A program made the translations under genes and the position numbers. A stretch of DNA of 64,000 nucleotides, taken from the NCBI RefSeq assembly GCF_032062105.1, contig NW_026938498.1:620001-684000 (forward strand), read 5' to 3'. Positions 25,623-38,000 of the stretch are shown here, piece after piece. The notes under the pieces are model-generated. The model was not told the DNA's origin, ran no database searches, and was given only the letters and a program-made list of their open reading frames with translations. Every line of letters begins with the position of its first letter. Position 1 is the stretch's first letter. The DNA comes from Saccostrea cucullata (Eukaryota).

Positions 25623-27165
25623 TCTTTCTGTATTTTTGCTGATTTTGTTAAAAGTTATTTCGTTCTTGTTATGTATTTTTAATTTCATTCAATATAGGAT
25701 TCAAATCTTTTTGTCTTTGTGTAATTCCCTTACACTTACTAAATATGCTTATTTCTAAAAATGGAAACCTGTCCTTGGTGGATTTAAATCTAATATTTGT
25801 TTCTAGTCTTTTTGCAGATAAATGAGTTTGTAAACAGTTTTTGTATTGCTTTTACAAATAAGGTGTCGATTAATTTAAATGTCATTTTACAAAGTAATGC
25901 AACCTTTCTAGGTACTCATCAACTCAAAAATGCAATTTATGCAATACTTTTTCAGGATTTGTTTTCAAATATATCTGTAATTGGAATGCAAAAACCATTT
26001 TATCGTAACTGGCTATAACACTGCTCAAACTAGTTTGACTGACCGATGGAAAACTACGTAAAACAAAACCATATCGAAAAAGATATTAAAATATTTTTTC
26101 TTTTCTTCAAAATTTAAAGTGACGATTGACATCTTCATATCTACATGTTAAATTGAGAAATACAATAAAAATCAATTGTAAAGAATTGCCAAAAATTGGT
26201 TGTAGAAACAATTATAGAGAAAGTTAACGGGGCAACTCGTTCAAACTGACATATAACATCAATAAATTATAAAATTAAATGGCCATAAAAGGACTCAAAA
26301 GATATTTTCCTAAGCCCAGATAACCAAACTGCTACGTGAACTTAGATGTTAGATTTGCTTTGTTTATATCTCATATGTTGAATTCTTTTAACTTTTATAA
26401 AAGCTATAATTATTACGTCTGATAACTGCAAACTTTGTAGCAACAAATTGATTAAATTGCTAGTTCCTTATTCTGTTATTCAGAAAAGTTTTTTTACCAA
26501 CTGCATTTAACTGTTATGTTTGGGTTTTATCTTTCGCTACGCCGAAACAGTCAATAATAATTAGCATGTACGAATTGCAATGGCAACTGGAAATGGATAA
26601 TTAGCCAGAAGCATTTAGCAACTACCAATTTCAAATATGCAAGTGATAATATGCAATTGATTTTTAATTAATATTTAATCATTACTGATAAGCAAATTGC
26701 AGTTAGTTATCTGGTGAAACAATCTGAATGAAAGACAAAGGACTGGAAATTAGCAATGGACAATTTTTAACTGACAGGTTGGTGACCGTACAATGTATTG
26801 CTCTTCAAAAGGTATTTACTACAGGATATTTTTTCAAAAGTTGAGCATAATTTATTCCGAAATGTATTTTTAAAGCAACATTGCCTACAGAATTGCTTTT
26901 AAAGGGATCGCTGTTTGAACCTATTTCTGTGATACAAAATTACCTTTTGAAACAGGTGGGTGGCACAGTTTAACAAGAAAAGGAGAATTATTTGTACAGA
27001 ATGGGAATTGTTTCCAAAAGTAGTAGTATTATAATTTGCAATGTAGATTAAATGGAGCATGTGTGTGTTATGTTTACAATAGCACACATATTTCTAAATT
27101 GAAATCTCTTTTTCTCTACAGCTTGAATTCATGCAAATTAAAAAAATAAGTATTGAGGAAATCAG

Positions 27166-28443
27166 GGGGTCGTAACATAAAGGCTACTTAAGTCTAAGAC
27201 CGTGCTTAAGTAGGACTTAAGTACAGTCTAAAACTTAAGACCGTAACTAGAAGCATGCTAAGATTTGTCAATCTTAGCAAAACTTAGGCGGCCGGTAGAG
27301 GTGACTTAAGTATGTCTTAAGTTTCTTGTACATGTATTTCGACTTATTTAATGTTAACTTTCGATGTTAAAGCATTCCTCTTTTCATATTATGCATTAAA
27401 GAAAATAACTATCTGTATTTGACGCTGATTTAAAAATCTTATTTTTTCGTGGGGGGGGGGGGGGGGGGGGGGCTCAGTGATTCCAATATCACTTCCACAG
27501 TAAATACAAGGTTTAATTTTAGGGGTACCTCTAAAAATAGTCGTACCTCGGCTATAGAAATAAATTGAACCAGTAATAAACCATGGATCTGTATGTTCAC
27601 TTTGAAAATATGAGTTGAAATAATTTGTTAACGACAGAAAAGAATGAGTATGATGACTAAAACAGTAATAAAGAAGTATCTTTAAAGTAAAATAAATGAA
27701 TAAAGAAAAGACAGGGTTCACTACAGTTCGAGAGAGAGAGAGAGAGAATTGCTGATAAGTGGAGACATAGAAAAATATCCCGATTTTTTTGTATCCTTGA
27801 ATTAAATTGCAAATTAGTATATCATAAAACTTCCACAGTTTTTGCTTATGACATGCATGGCCTGATACATGTATACATAGCGGGGATTCAAAATGTATTG
27901 ATTTTTTAGAGTTTCAATTTCAAGTGGAAAGGCGGCCGATTATCTTTTCTTGTCTGCGATAATAACAGAGTAAGTGAACATTTGTCAAAACAAAAGAGTT
28001 ACAAAAGGTACACTGAAAACATCTCAGGTGATAAAACAATTGTCGTGAACATTTACAATTAACCACAAATTGCTACTTTCTGACCGTGTGGTATTGATTT
28101 CAAACATTCCGAATAACTTATAACATAATTATTATTTTAATACGAAATCTAATCTAACATACTTAAACCGATAGGTAAGGACATCAACCTTAGTATGTAA
28201 TTAATTAAAACCCTAACTGAATCACTTTTAGCAATATATCTATATTAAATCAAAAACCATAGATTGACTCATATGAAATATTTTTAACATAAGTTTGACT
28301 TAGCTAAGACCTCGCTAAGTTCGCTTTATGATACGGTTTAAGACATACTTAAGTAGTACTTAGACAGGTCCTAAGATTATGCCTAAAACGTACTTACGAC
28401 CCTACTTAAGTCAAAAACTTAGCAAGCTTTATGTTACGAGCCC
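27166..28443. mobile_element. PIF/Harbinger-type MITE
   Basis: 17-bp TIRs ggggtcgtaacataaag / ctttatgttacgagccc (1 mismatch); 3-bp TSD CAG at 27163-27165 and 28444-28446; subterminal cttaag/cttag modules. Confidence 0.85.
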
Positions 28444-31400
28444 CAGCTCTGCTAGCTTGAATAATGACCTTTTCTTCGCATTTTCCTTTACCAGTTGTAT
28501 CGTTGTCGAATGCAAAATATTACTTTCTAGAGATTAAAACTCCGTCAAAACGGTTTCAACAGAATTAAAGCAATTTAAGAGATGTGAAATTTGTCTTTGT
28601 CATCGATGGCCATCATATCATCTTGAAATAGGTAAATAATTAATTATTTGAAAGAAAATACATTTTATTTTTTATTTCCATTAAACAGTTTGATGAAGTC
28701 TTGCGTTTTTAGAGAGTATAGGAAAGAGATCATAAAAAATATCTCTCTTAAATCTATTGGAGTATGAAATGTTTATCAATTTTTTATCCTTACTAATATC
28801 GGTTTTATCGCGTAGTTGTAACTTCATCTACTTTTATTTATTGAGTTCTGCTTAGTATATTATCATGCAATCGTCAATGCTAACTGATGTAAAGAAAAGA
28901 GTCGTGTTATAAGCATTAAACGAATAATAGAAACGGTACAACACCAATAATGGTGTGAATACTGAAATTTCCTATCGGATCCTTTATCTCGGAAGTTTTC
29001 TGCAATGGATTTATTACTATTGATGATTGTTTTGTGGAGTTTTAATCTCGAGAGAGATGGAATAAATGTATTTTATGAATCAATTTGAGTTGTCAATCTC
29101 TACGTGTGTTTTTTAAATGGTTTTCTCTTTTCAGAACTACTGTTAATTAGAACACCAAGGTTAATTGTCAAATGCAATTAGTTGCACCCATGCACAGAAA
29201 GATATTTTTCTTGTTCTGTTTATAAAAAAATGAGTTTAATAATGAATATTTGATTAGTTTACCACCTAAATCATTGAAATATTTAAGTTAGTTTTTAAGT
29301 ATGAAAAAAAGTTAGCTTTTTTAAAGTATGAAAGTCGGATTCAAAAATGAGCTTTCTGCTTGTATGCAGTTGAAACTGCTTTATTGTGTTACATTTTGAT
29401 TTTTTTTCCCAAAAGGTTCAAATTAAACAAATGAATTTTCAGAAAGATGTCTTTTCGATGTTGCAGCATTCATTTTTACGGATGTTGCAGCTTGTATTGT
29501 AAAACACTGAATACTGTTCATGCTAAAAGCCTCATTTCCGTCGTTTAAGGTCACAATGTTTGTATGGCGCATTATTCAGTTGTCAGGCTAAAAAAAAAAT
29601 AGATTATGTTCCAGAGTGTTACCTAACATAGCATTGTTGGGTACTGTTTCACTGAAACTGAGGAAAGTATTATAAGTTTCATCTGTTCTATCTATCCAAA
29701 AGGGTAAAAGAAAAAGGTGGCAGTGTTGGACGTACTTGAAATCAATTCTGAAAAAATACTTTAAGTTCTTGAAACTGTTTTGTGTTTTGAAATTCAGATA
29801 TTATTTCACATTTTAGGCTTTTCTCATCTTTCAAAATAAAATATTAATGTTTACATTTTACGAAATGTAAAAAAAAAAATTCCCGATTTACTTGTATTGA
29901 CATATTGAATCCATTTACATTTTTCCAACAATAATTTATCTTCTCTGGTTTCTGACTTTCACATTTTGACATAACCCTTCCAATGTCTCCTCAGCTAATT
30001 GGAAATTTATCTCAAGGGGTATTAGAAAAACATACACCGAATTATTGAATATATCTTTACATGTGAGCACTATGTAATTTACACGAATGTTTAATGGTTC
30101 GAAAACAAGGACCAAAATAGTGAACATACAAAAGTGCAATCAATCGAAATGGTTTAACCGTAAATATTGTGGATTGTAATTATTATTTATCATTTCATCT
30201 TGGCAGTGTACTTTATGACAAAATCTGCCACAGTCGTTAAATGGTTAGCCTGCGATTCCTTCAAGTGATAGTTGGGTTTTTACCTCTCTTTCAGTTTAAT
30301 GCGTACGTCATGCAGTTTCGACCACTTTTCATTACATGCAATTATTTTCTTTGTTCGGTCACGATATTCCATTTTCATACCGGGAATTTGTATACGAAGT
30401 AGTAAATAGTTCCATTGTTTTGATACTTTCCGTTGATGTAGATTGTGTAAGGTTTCTTGTTATTATGTGTCAACGTCCTATTTCTCATTTTAATCTCTTT
30501 GTTTGACAATAAATATGTATCATGAACATGGATTGTCCTATCAAGTTATTCTCTGTGGAGAGGCGGCTTTCGCCAATCCACCACTTCTCTAAAGAGAATA
30601 CTGTCGAGTATTTCAGACCAAAGAATTATCTGACAGTGATACGTACTTAGTTAACAGCTACTTTTACATACTACAATCTAAGATAAATAATTGTAAATAC
30701 ATTCCTGGTGATCTTTCAAAGTTAATACAATTTTCATACAAATATGGCTGCTTCCTGGTCGTTCGCCTTCATTAACAAAAATTGATCAAAGTAAATTAAT
30801 AACTAATATCTATATGCATGAATCTTTTATGAATTATGGATACCATGAACTCTCTATAAACAATTTGTTCTACCCGAGAGTCGTCAATGGATTAACTTTT
30901 CTCTTTGTAACGCTGTACAGTACAATAATTGGTGGTTCATGCATTAGAAGACTGATACTAGGTATCCTCTGATGAAAAAAAACTTTGCAATCAGTAATAG
31001 AGTACGCTATAGCCATATAAGGAGGTAATAAAATGTATAACACTTTTCATTAACTGAAAAGAGAAAATAAAGTCGTAGGACAATGTTTGTGCAGCAGTTG
31101 TTATATAATATTTTGCTAAGGTCTTGTTTAATTGCATACAAGACTGCTGACGAAGTTCTGTAAAACTGTAAAAAGGACGGAAAGTGATCTTTTTGGCAAT
31201 AATTTATATATTTGAAGGAACATTTCCTTTAGATCTGGGGAACGAAGTTCATTGAACAACTAGACACTATAGAATTTACCAAATTACCAAATTACCAAAT
31301 TAAAAAAACCTTCCAATTAAAAACGTGATGTCCCCATTCTATTTCACTGAATTACAATATATAAAACCCTTTGTGTCTGAATTCTCTATCGACCAGATAC

Positions 31401-31766
31401 TGTCTTATTGGAGATTCATTTGCGTTTTATTGGTACATGTCGGTATAATTACCCAATTCTGCTATGTCACGGCAATCAATATGGACAGCTGTGAATTATA
31501 TGTCAAATAAAAGCATTTAAGGGGGAAAAAAATCAGAATACTTGAACAGTGTAGTACACTCAAAATAGTTAATCATAAAACAAGCTTCAATAAATAAATA
31601 TATTAGTTTAACTTCCAGGAAAGAGAGAAAATACTTATCTAAATGTTATCTCGATCATCTAGCGCCGCACATTCGCTCCTGTACGGTTTAGTGGATTAAA
31701 TAGAATATTATCATGATCTTGAAAGTGCTAGTCTTTTTATTTCTTTAAACACGTCAACCACAAGTG

Positions 31767-32038
31767 TATAAAAAAAGAGTGGATGCACGATGTTTCGCGA
31801 TTGGCAATCGTTGTGCTCCATTCATTATGTATACATGGCCAAATCTAACGGCATCTCTTCGTGTCAAAGTAACTTTGATCTTACAGACCGCTGTAATTCA
31901 TTATGCAGGGGCAGTAGGAGGTCTGGATCAGAGTTCTGTGTAGGGGACTGGGTTCATACCCGAACGAACTTTGACACATATATGTTCATGTGGGGAGATA
32001 TGTTAAGAGTCAAAAATGGATGTCGCTTAATGTTATTG
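31767..32038 (+). promoter_or_regulatory. Candidate TATA box and non-coding first exon of the GPCR
   Basis: TATAAAA at 31767-31773, a GC-richer non-repetitive stretch, and donor TTG|GTAAGC (GT at 32039-32040) about 1 kb upstream of the acceptor at 33049. Inference only. Confidence 0.3.
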
Positions 32039-33017
32039 GTAAGCTTTCTTGGAAACATAAAACGGTTAGCTGTAAAGGAGATTGTAAAAAAGGAAACTTT
32101 ATGGATTTACCACGCTCTCATTACAAAGTTAAGCTTTTGATATAACAGTGATTTTTTGAAAGGCTATTATCAAGAAATCAAACGGATTTTTTGTCTATGA
32201 TCCTCTTCATTCTTTTGAGTATCTTACAATTGAAGACAGCTTCATATCAGTCTTGTGAAAGAGGATCTTCTAGAAGGTTTTATGGGGTTTTATGGCTCGT
32301 GAGAATAAGATTTCGCGTGAGTTGTAGAGAAATAAGACATCCAAAGATGAGTCCATTCATAGGAAAATCTAACACTTCACAACCTAGACTTGATTAAAGC
32401 GTTTTCACTCCGTCGACTCTTGCCAGCTCAAGGTTATGTGAATGCACCATTTCGAGGACAATAACCATTAGCGTAATGATTCAAAATGATGAATGGGCGT
32501 GTTGCAATCCTTCTTGGACCTCCAGTGATCAAATAATTATTTTGCAGGAAGTGTAATTTTGCATGGAAGGCAATTAGCAGTGGGATGGTTATAGCTACCC
32601 TATAACAATTATATTTGTTCTTAAAACAACATTTACTGGAACTTCGCATCATACAATGTACAATGAATTTTAAATATATATAAACTCTTGGAGTGTTGGT
32701 TATGCAGGTTACCACTTTCAGGTTTAAATTGCATGTCATACCATTCTTGAAAGAAAAGTGAATATAAAACTTTATTCAACCGATCTTCAACAGTTCTTTT
32801 TACATTCATTATCGGTGAAAAGAATTAATGATGTCTGGTACCTTTAACATATATAATATTTCAGCATGTACAGTACTACTTACCTCTTATTGATCTCATT
32901 ATGTTGTCTATCGTTAAAAAGTTAATGACCGTCCTTTCATAATATTGAGTTCATTTAAAAGAGCGACAATGTTAATCGCATACCGCATTCTTGAAAACAG
33001 TTGCTTCATCGCAAGTT

Positions 33018-33049
33018 GCTAACAAAATATTTCATTTTTGTTTTTGCAG
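33018..33049 (+). promoter_or_regulatory. Branch point, polypyrimidine tract and splice acceptor of the GPCR coding exon
   Basis: gCTAAC at 33018-33023, then ttcatttttgtttttgCAG ending at 33049. Confidence 0.7.
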
Positions 33050-33123
33050 TTGGAACAGAAAAACAATCTACTAATGGAATGATTGAGAAGTCTCTTCGGT
33101 TTGTATTCTTCTATTAAGAATTG

Positions 33124-34284
33124 ATGTTGGCTGTTTTAAACTTTACCAAAAAGACCGAGCACAATGGACCATTCATCAACATGGACGTAAATGTGTCTCT
33201 AAACAGTGTGTTTGAGAACCAGTCAAAGGATCTACCGGAAGATAATCAGCAGGACACGGTGTTCATCATTCGTCGTTATGCACTTCCTTTGATCTGTTTC
33301 TTAGGAATTCTTGGAAATTCGTTATCAGCAAAAGCGTTTCTTGGACCTGGATTGAAGCACGCTTCATGTAGTTTGTATCTAGCCGTCCGATGCATATCTG
33401 ATAATGGTTTTATATTGACATTATTTACTGCCTGGTTGGACTTTGTTCACGTTCGAGTATTCCATACGGAGGCGATTTGTCAGATCGTTGTGTTTCTTTC
33501 CTATCTCTGTAGTTTTATTTCTGTTTGGTGTGTTGTCTTTGTTACCATTGAGAACTACGTCCGAATTTGCCATCACACTCATGTTAATCGGTTTTGTACC
33601 ATTAAAATTGCCCGATATGCTTTGCTTACATGTTTTCTTTTAGCCCTCCTTCTTTACAACTTTTCTCTTTGGGGGACACAAGTGCAACAGCATGGCGATC
33701 AGAAATATTGTCTTACAAAACGAATATTTATGAAACTGGAGCAGGTTATCACATACATCGACACTGCATTAACCTTAGTCATTCCATTGCTCATTATTCT
33801 TGTTTTAATGCTTCTTATCATAATCAGCTCTGTTGATGCTCATAAGAGACAAATTCGATTGACCTCGACTTCAGCTCAAAACAACAATGAGTCGAGACGA
33901 CGAGTCCTTCCTCATTCAAGAGTTACACGATTGTTGTCATCAGTGTCCATCATGTTTCTAATTTTACACACACCTTTGCACGTGATCAGAATCAAGGTGT
34001 TATTCGAACACGTACTTCGTAAAAATGGAAATGAAACATCTGGAAGTGACATGGACCGCACGCTTCAACACATTTTCGTTACGATGTACTATCTGAATTT
34101 TTCCGTCAATTGTGTGATCTATCTGGTCTGTGGTGAAAATTTTCGAAAAGTATTTCTTGAATCATTTTGTTGGTTCTGTAAATTTCGAAATACAGAACTG
34201 GAAGTGGAGGCAGAAAGATTTTCAAACGTAGGGATGACTTCCTCACTTATTTTGGATAAAGACGAGGAAACAGCCATTCAGTGA
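33124..34284 (+). CDS. Class A (rhodopsin-like) peptide GPCR, CNMamide/FMRFamide-receptor-like, intronless CDS, 386 aa
   Basis: Seven hydrophobic segments; N-terminal glycosylation sequons (NFT, NVS, NQS); TM1 GILGN; TM2 YLAVRCISD; TM3 C...SVWCVVFVTIENY; ECL2 Cys; TM5 DTALTLVIP; TM6 VTRLL..FLILHTP; TM7 YYLNFSVNCVIYLVCGENFR. First ATG at 33124 follows an in-frame TAA (33115-33117); alternative start at 33181. Confidence 0.95.
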   Translation: MLAVLNFTKKTEHNGPFINMDVNVSLNSVFENQSKDLPEDNQQDTVFIIRRYALPLICFLGILGNSLSAKAFLGPGLKHASCSLYLAVRCISDNGFILTLFTAWLDFVHVRVFHTEAICQIVVFLSYLCSFISVWCVVFVTIENYVRICHHTHVNRFCTIKIARYALLTCFLLALLLYNFSLWGTQVQQHGDQKYCLTKRIFMKLEQVITYIDTALTLVIPLLIILVLMLLIIISSVDAHKRQIRLTSTSAQNNNESRRRVLPHSRVTRLLSSVSIMFLILHTPLHVIRIKVLFEHVLRKNGNETSGSDMDRTLQHIFVTMYYLNFSVNCVIYLVCGENFRKVFLESFCWFCKFRNTELEVEAERFSNVGMTSSLILDKDEETAIQ

Positions 34285-34422
34285 AATTGTTGTAATTGAT
34301 AAAATGCTTCTGTGATATTACACCCTATTTCTTTGAATATATTTTCACATACACATGGTAAAATGCATGTATTTATTTCACGTACCTTGTTAAAAGTATT
34401 TATTGTTTATCAAAAATATATT

Positions 34423-34428
34423 AATAAA
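34423..34428 (+). terminator. Putative polyadenylation signal of the GPCR
   Basis: AATAAA ~140 nt after the stop codon, followed by a T-rich tract. Confidence 0.5.
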
Positions 34429-34694
34429 CATATTAACAAATTTCTTTTGATACTTGTTCTGTACTGATATATCAAAGTTAGTAAATTAATTTTCATTGAT
34501 GGGTTATACAATACCGATTAAAAATTGCTTTTTTCTAAGACAAGGCCTGTTGGTAATATTATACAGGCAATCCCATTCGTAAAAAAGAAAAAGAAAGAAA
34601 ATTCATGGTATTGTTGGAATTGCATAATTTCACCTTACAAGTAAACTAAACACTCTCATCATTTTGTTAAACTACCAAGAAATATGAATAATGC

Positions 34695-34990
34695 TTTAAG
34701 TGATCAAAATCAAAATACCATTAAAAGAATGAAAATCTAGAGCAGAACGAACACGGACCGATTCTATATTCAGAGTTTGGGTCAGGACTATGAGGGAGTA
34801 TCCACTTTCGACTTTTCCCACCAGTACTGTGCCCCTTGCTTTTATCGGACAAAAAGGAAAATTTCGTTAGATACTTGATTTATTGTGAAATTATGGTCTA
34901 ACAGTTCTTTGTAGGAAATTATTTTTTGGACTAAATGGATGATATTTGCAAAAATGGTCTTTACATCGGTCAAATGTTTGCGAAATCTTG
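34695..34990 (-). mobile_element. PLE 3'-end fragment in inverted orientation
   Basis: gagcagaacgaacacggacc..tcagagtttgggtcagg..gagggagta is a degenerate reverse complement of the PLE 3' end at 48150-48215. Confidence 0.55.
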
Positions 34991-35019
34991 ACATTAAACG
35001 GGTTTGTTCGTCATTTGCA

Positions 35020-38000
35020 TTTGTTACATTCTGAATGTGAACACAAAAACTCCGGAATCGATATTAAGAGTCAGTCCGCGAGAAAACCATGCAGAACTGT
35101 CCAAATCGAAGGTTGTCATATCTTAATGAAATTTGGTGGGTAGTTAGACTTTGTCATATATTATTAAAAGATGACCAAAAAAATTCCCATCATTCAACAT
35201 GGCAGCCGTAGGCAGCGCCACCTCCTTTTTGCACATTTAAGTGCAAATGCACTTAAAAAATTCAAGAAAAATGGTAAAATTCACATTTGATTTATTTTAC
35301 TCAAAATTAAACTTGCATTTCCATTAAGGTATTTTTAAGTAACATAAGACTATGTTCTTTCAAAATTGACATTTATCATAATCAAATATGCAATATATCA
35401 AAGGGCAGACAACTCTTGAAAATTGGCAAGATGCCAATTTTCAAGAATTGCCAAAAGTATTTCAAATTTAATGCCCCAAATCTTCCAAGACCAATCTTTG
35501 AAATTATTTTTTTTTATTTTATTGTACAAATATAACTCTAAACATTATCTTTGCAAAATATTGAGCTTGGGAAATAATAAATAATTGAGATATGGGGATT
35601 TACAAATTGCCAATTTTCGAAAAAAATTGCTCAAACTCAGACGGGTTACAAAGTCAAATATAGAACTTTAAATTATAAACAATTGTTGTTAGATATTGAA
35701 ACGTGTAACAATTTTCTTTGAAATAATTAAGATTGAAAAATAATTAAAGTAAAAATTAAACTAAATTTTCAGAAACTACCCCTAATATGAGGATTAGCAT
35801 TTTGCCAATTGTTTAGAAATGAAAAAAAGCATAATAAATTGTATTGGCTTACTTGCAATTTTTTCAACAATCATATGAATATTCATGTTCCTTACATTTT
35901 GTAAGTTAGTTTCTTTTTTTTAATAAACAAAAGGGAAATTACAAGTATTTAAATTCAAACAGACTCTATTTCAGTATCATTCATATAAATTTTGAGACTT
36001 GAACATATAAAATTTGAGCCTTCACTAAGTTGTTCGCTTTCTGCCAATTTTAAATTGGTACAATCTTATAAAAATACTGACAGCAGATGTTATACAAAAT
36101 ACTCCATAAAGGAGTTAAAGAAAATGAAAGATGCTGGAGTTTACTCTTATCCCACCTCCCGAATCAAACAATTGTCTTCTTTTTTCGCTTGGCAAATTCT
36201 TTTCAGGTAAGTTTAATTTTAACCCTCCCCCCACCCGAGCCTTTCAAAATCGTTTCTACGTCACTGCTATGACTGCGATTTTCGTGAATAAGAAATTTTA
36301 TGAACACGAATCAATCAACTTGAATTAAATAATGGGGGATTGAATTTATAAAATATATATTGTTTATAAATTTGTGTATTTAAAGTGATTTAATCTAAAA
36401 ATAAAAAATATAATAAGTTTTCCGTTACGTTTTCCGTTCCTCGTTTTAGCAACACCCCTCCAGAACCCTTATCATTTTTCATTATATTATCCATTTCAAT
36501 ATAAGTATGTAAATTGTGGGGAGGTGGATGGGGTTAAACGATTGGGGACTAGATACACTCGTATATTTAATATCCTGACCTTGATCGACTTAGTGTCAGT
36601 CTTATAGTGACATGCCCCCACCCCCAACTGTTTTCAGTGGATACATATAACATTTAAAAAAAAAAAAAACAATTTATCTCTCTCTACAGTGGTATTAAAA
36701 ATACCATTATGGTTATTCAGAAAAAGTATCAAATATTAATTTACAAAGCCTTATACAATCTTATTAATAATGTTTTGAAAATAATTTTGACAAAATTTGA
36801 TAGCCCCCACCCCCCCAATTTGAATGAGTATGATTCCAGTCTTTTATCATGTTTATAGCCGGTTTTAAATATTTACCACTTTGTACTGCAAACTGGCAAA
36901 GTTTTGGCTGCAGTAACGACTCATATTTTCCTTGGGGGGGGGGGGGGGTAGTTCCCTCCCCCGAATAATTTTGCCAATATTTATCGTGGAGGGTCCTATA
37001 TCGGTGGGGCCTAAATTGGTGGCATCTCCTTTTGAGCTGATGATTTTTAATGGGAGATCTGACTTTATCAATATATGAATGTTACGTAACACAGTAGTTT
37101 AAAGTATGTAATGTAAAAAATTAAAAATATTCCTAGGAATGACGGTGTTTGGTTAACTCAAAAACACACTAAATTTATGAAACATAAACAATTTACATGT
37201 AGATTGAAATTACCAATTATTTTTGAATTTGTTGAGAGTATCAAGTTGCTAAGACACTAAGAAAACTACGTACGTTTATATTGAAAATGTATGATTTTAG
37301 TTAGTCAGTCCTCCATGATTTTCCCCTCGCTTATTTCATTATTACATGTTTCATATGTGTTTTTCTTTTTTCTTTTCCTTTTCATATCCTGATTACGCAT
37401 ATCATATACTTGTACATACGACCTGAATTTATATGTTGTAAATATTCTTCATGGTCCTCATGTACCTGAAATGGTTTGAGAGAATAAAATGATCTTGAAC
37501 TTGAACGGGGGCCAGGTGCCTTAAACAAAATATCAGATGTATATTTTGATTAAAAATATTCTGTTATTATTTGATTTAATTTCCTATTCAAAAATTTTGT
37601 AACTGTTAATTACCGTGAAATACTAATATATAATAGATTCCCCGAGGACAGAACCCTATAGAAAACATAGCTACTACATGTATATGCCCCAAATAAAAAA
37701 AAAAAAACATCTGATGACCTTTTATTTTTTTTACCGGTACTTTCTATGGAATTCTTGGTATATAGTTGATAATGTAGGTTGTCCCCCCTCCACCTCACTG
37801 AAATTGCTTCCTATGGGCCTGCTGTTTGTTTATTCAAGCTAAGCTGTTGTTTCTTTCTTACATTCAGATGTCTTAAAATAAGTTTTCCCTCTTTCATAGT
37901 GCAATAATGCTCCACAACAACTCCCTAAGTGAAGAAAAAAAGATCATACATGACTTTCTTCTTTCCATATTGACATACCTGTCACTTTTTTTTACCCAAT

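Noticed and set aside
31145-31195. Hammerhead-like CTGACGA...GGAC-GGAAA
   Set aside because: Extra bases in the core, and no stem I/III or NUH cleavage triplet can be formed.
31790-32140. 116-aa ORF upstream of the GPCR
   Set aside because: No recognisable domain and spans a probable splice donor; more likely UTR plus intron.
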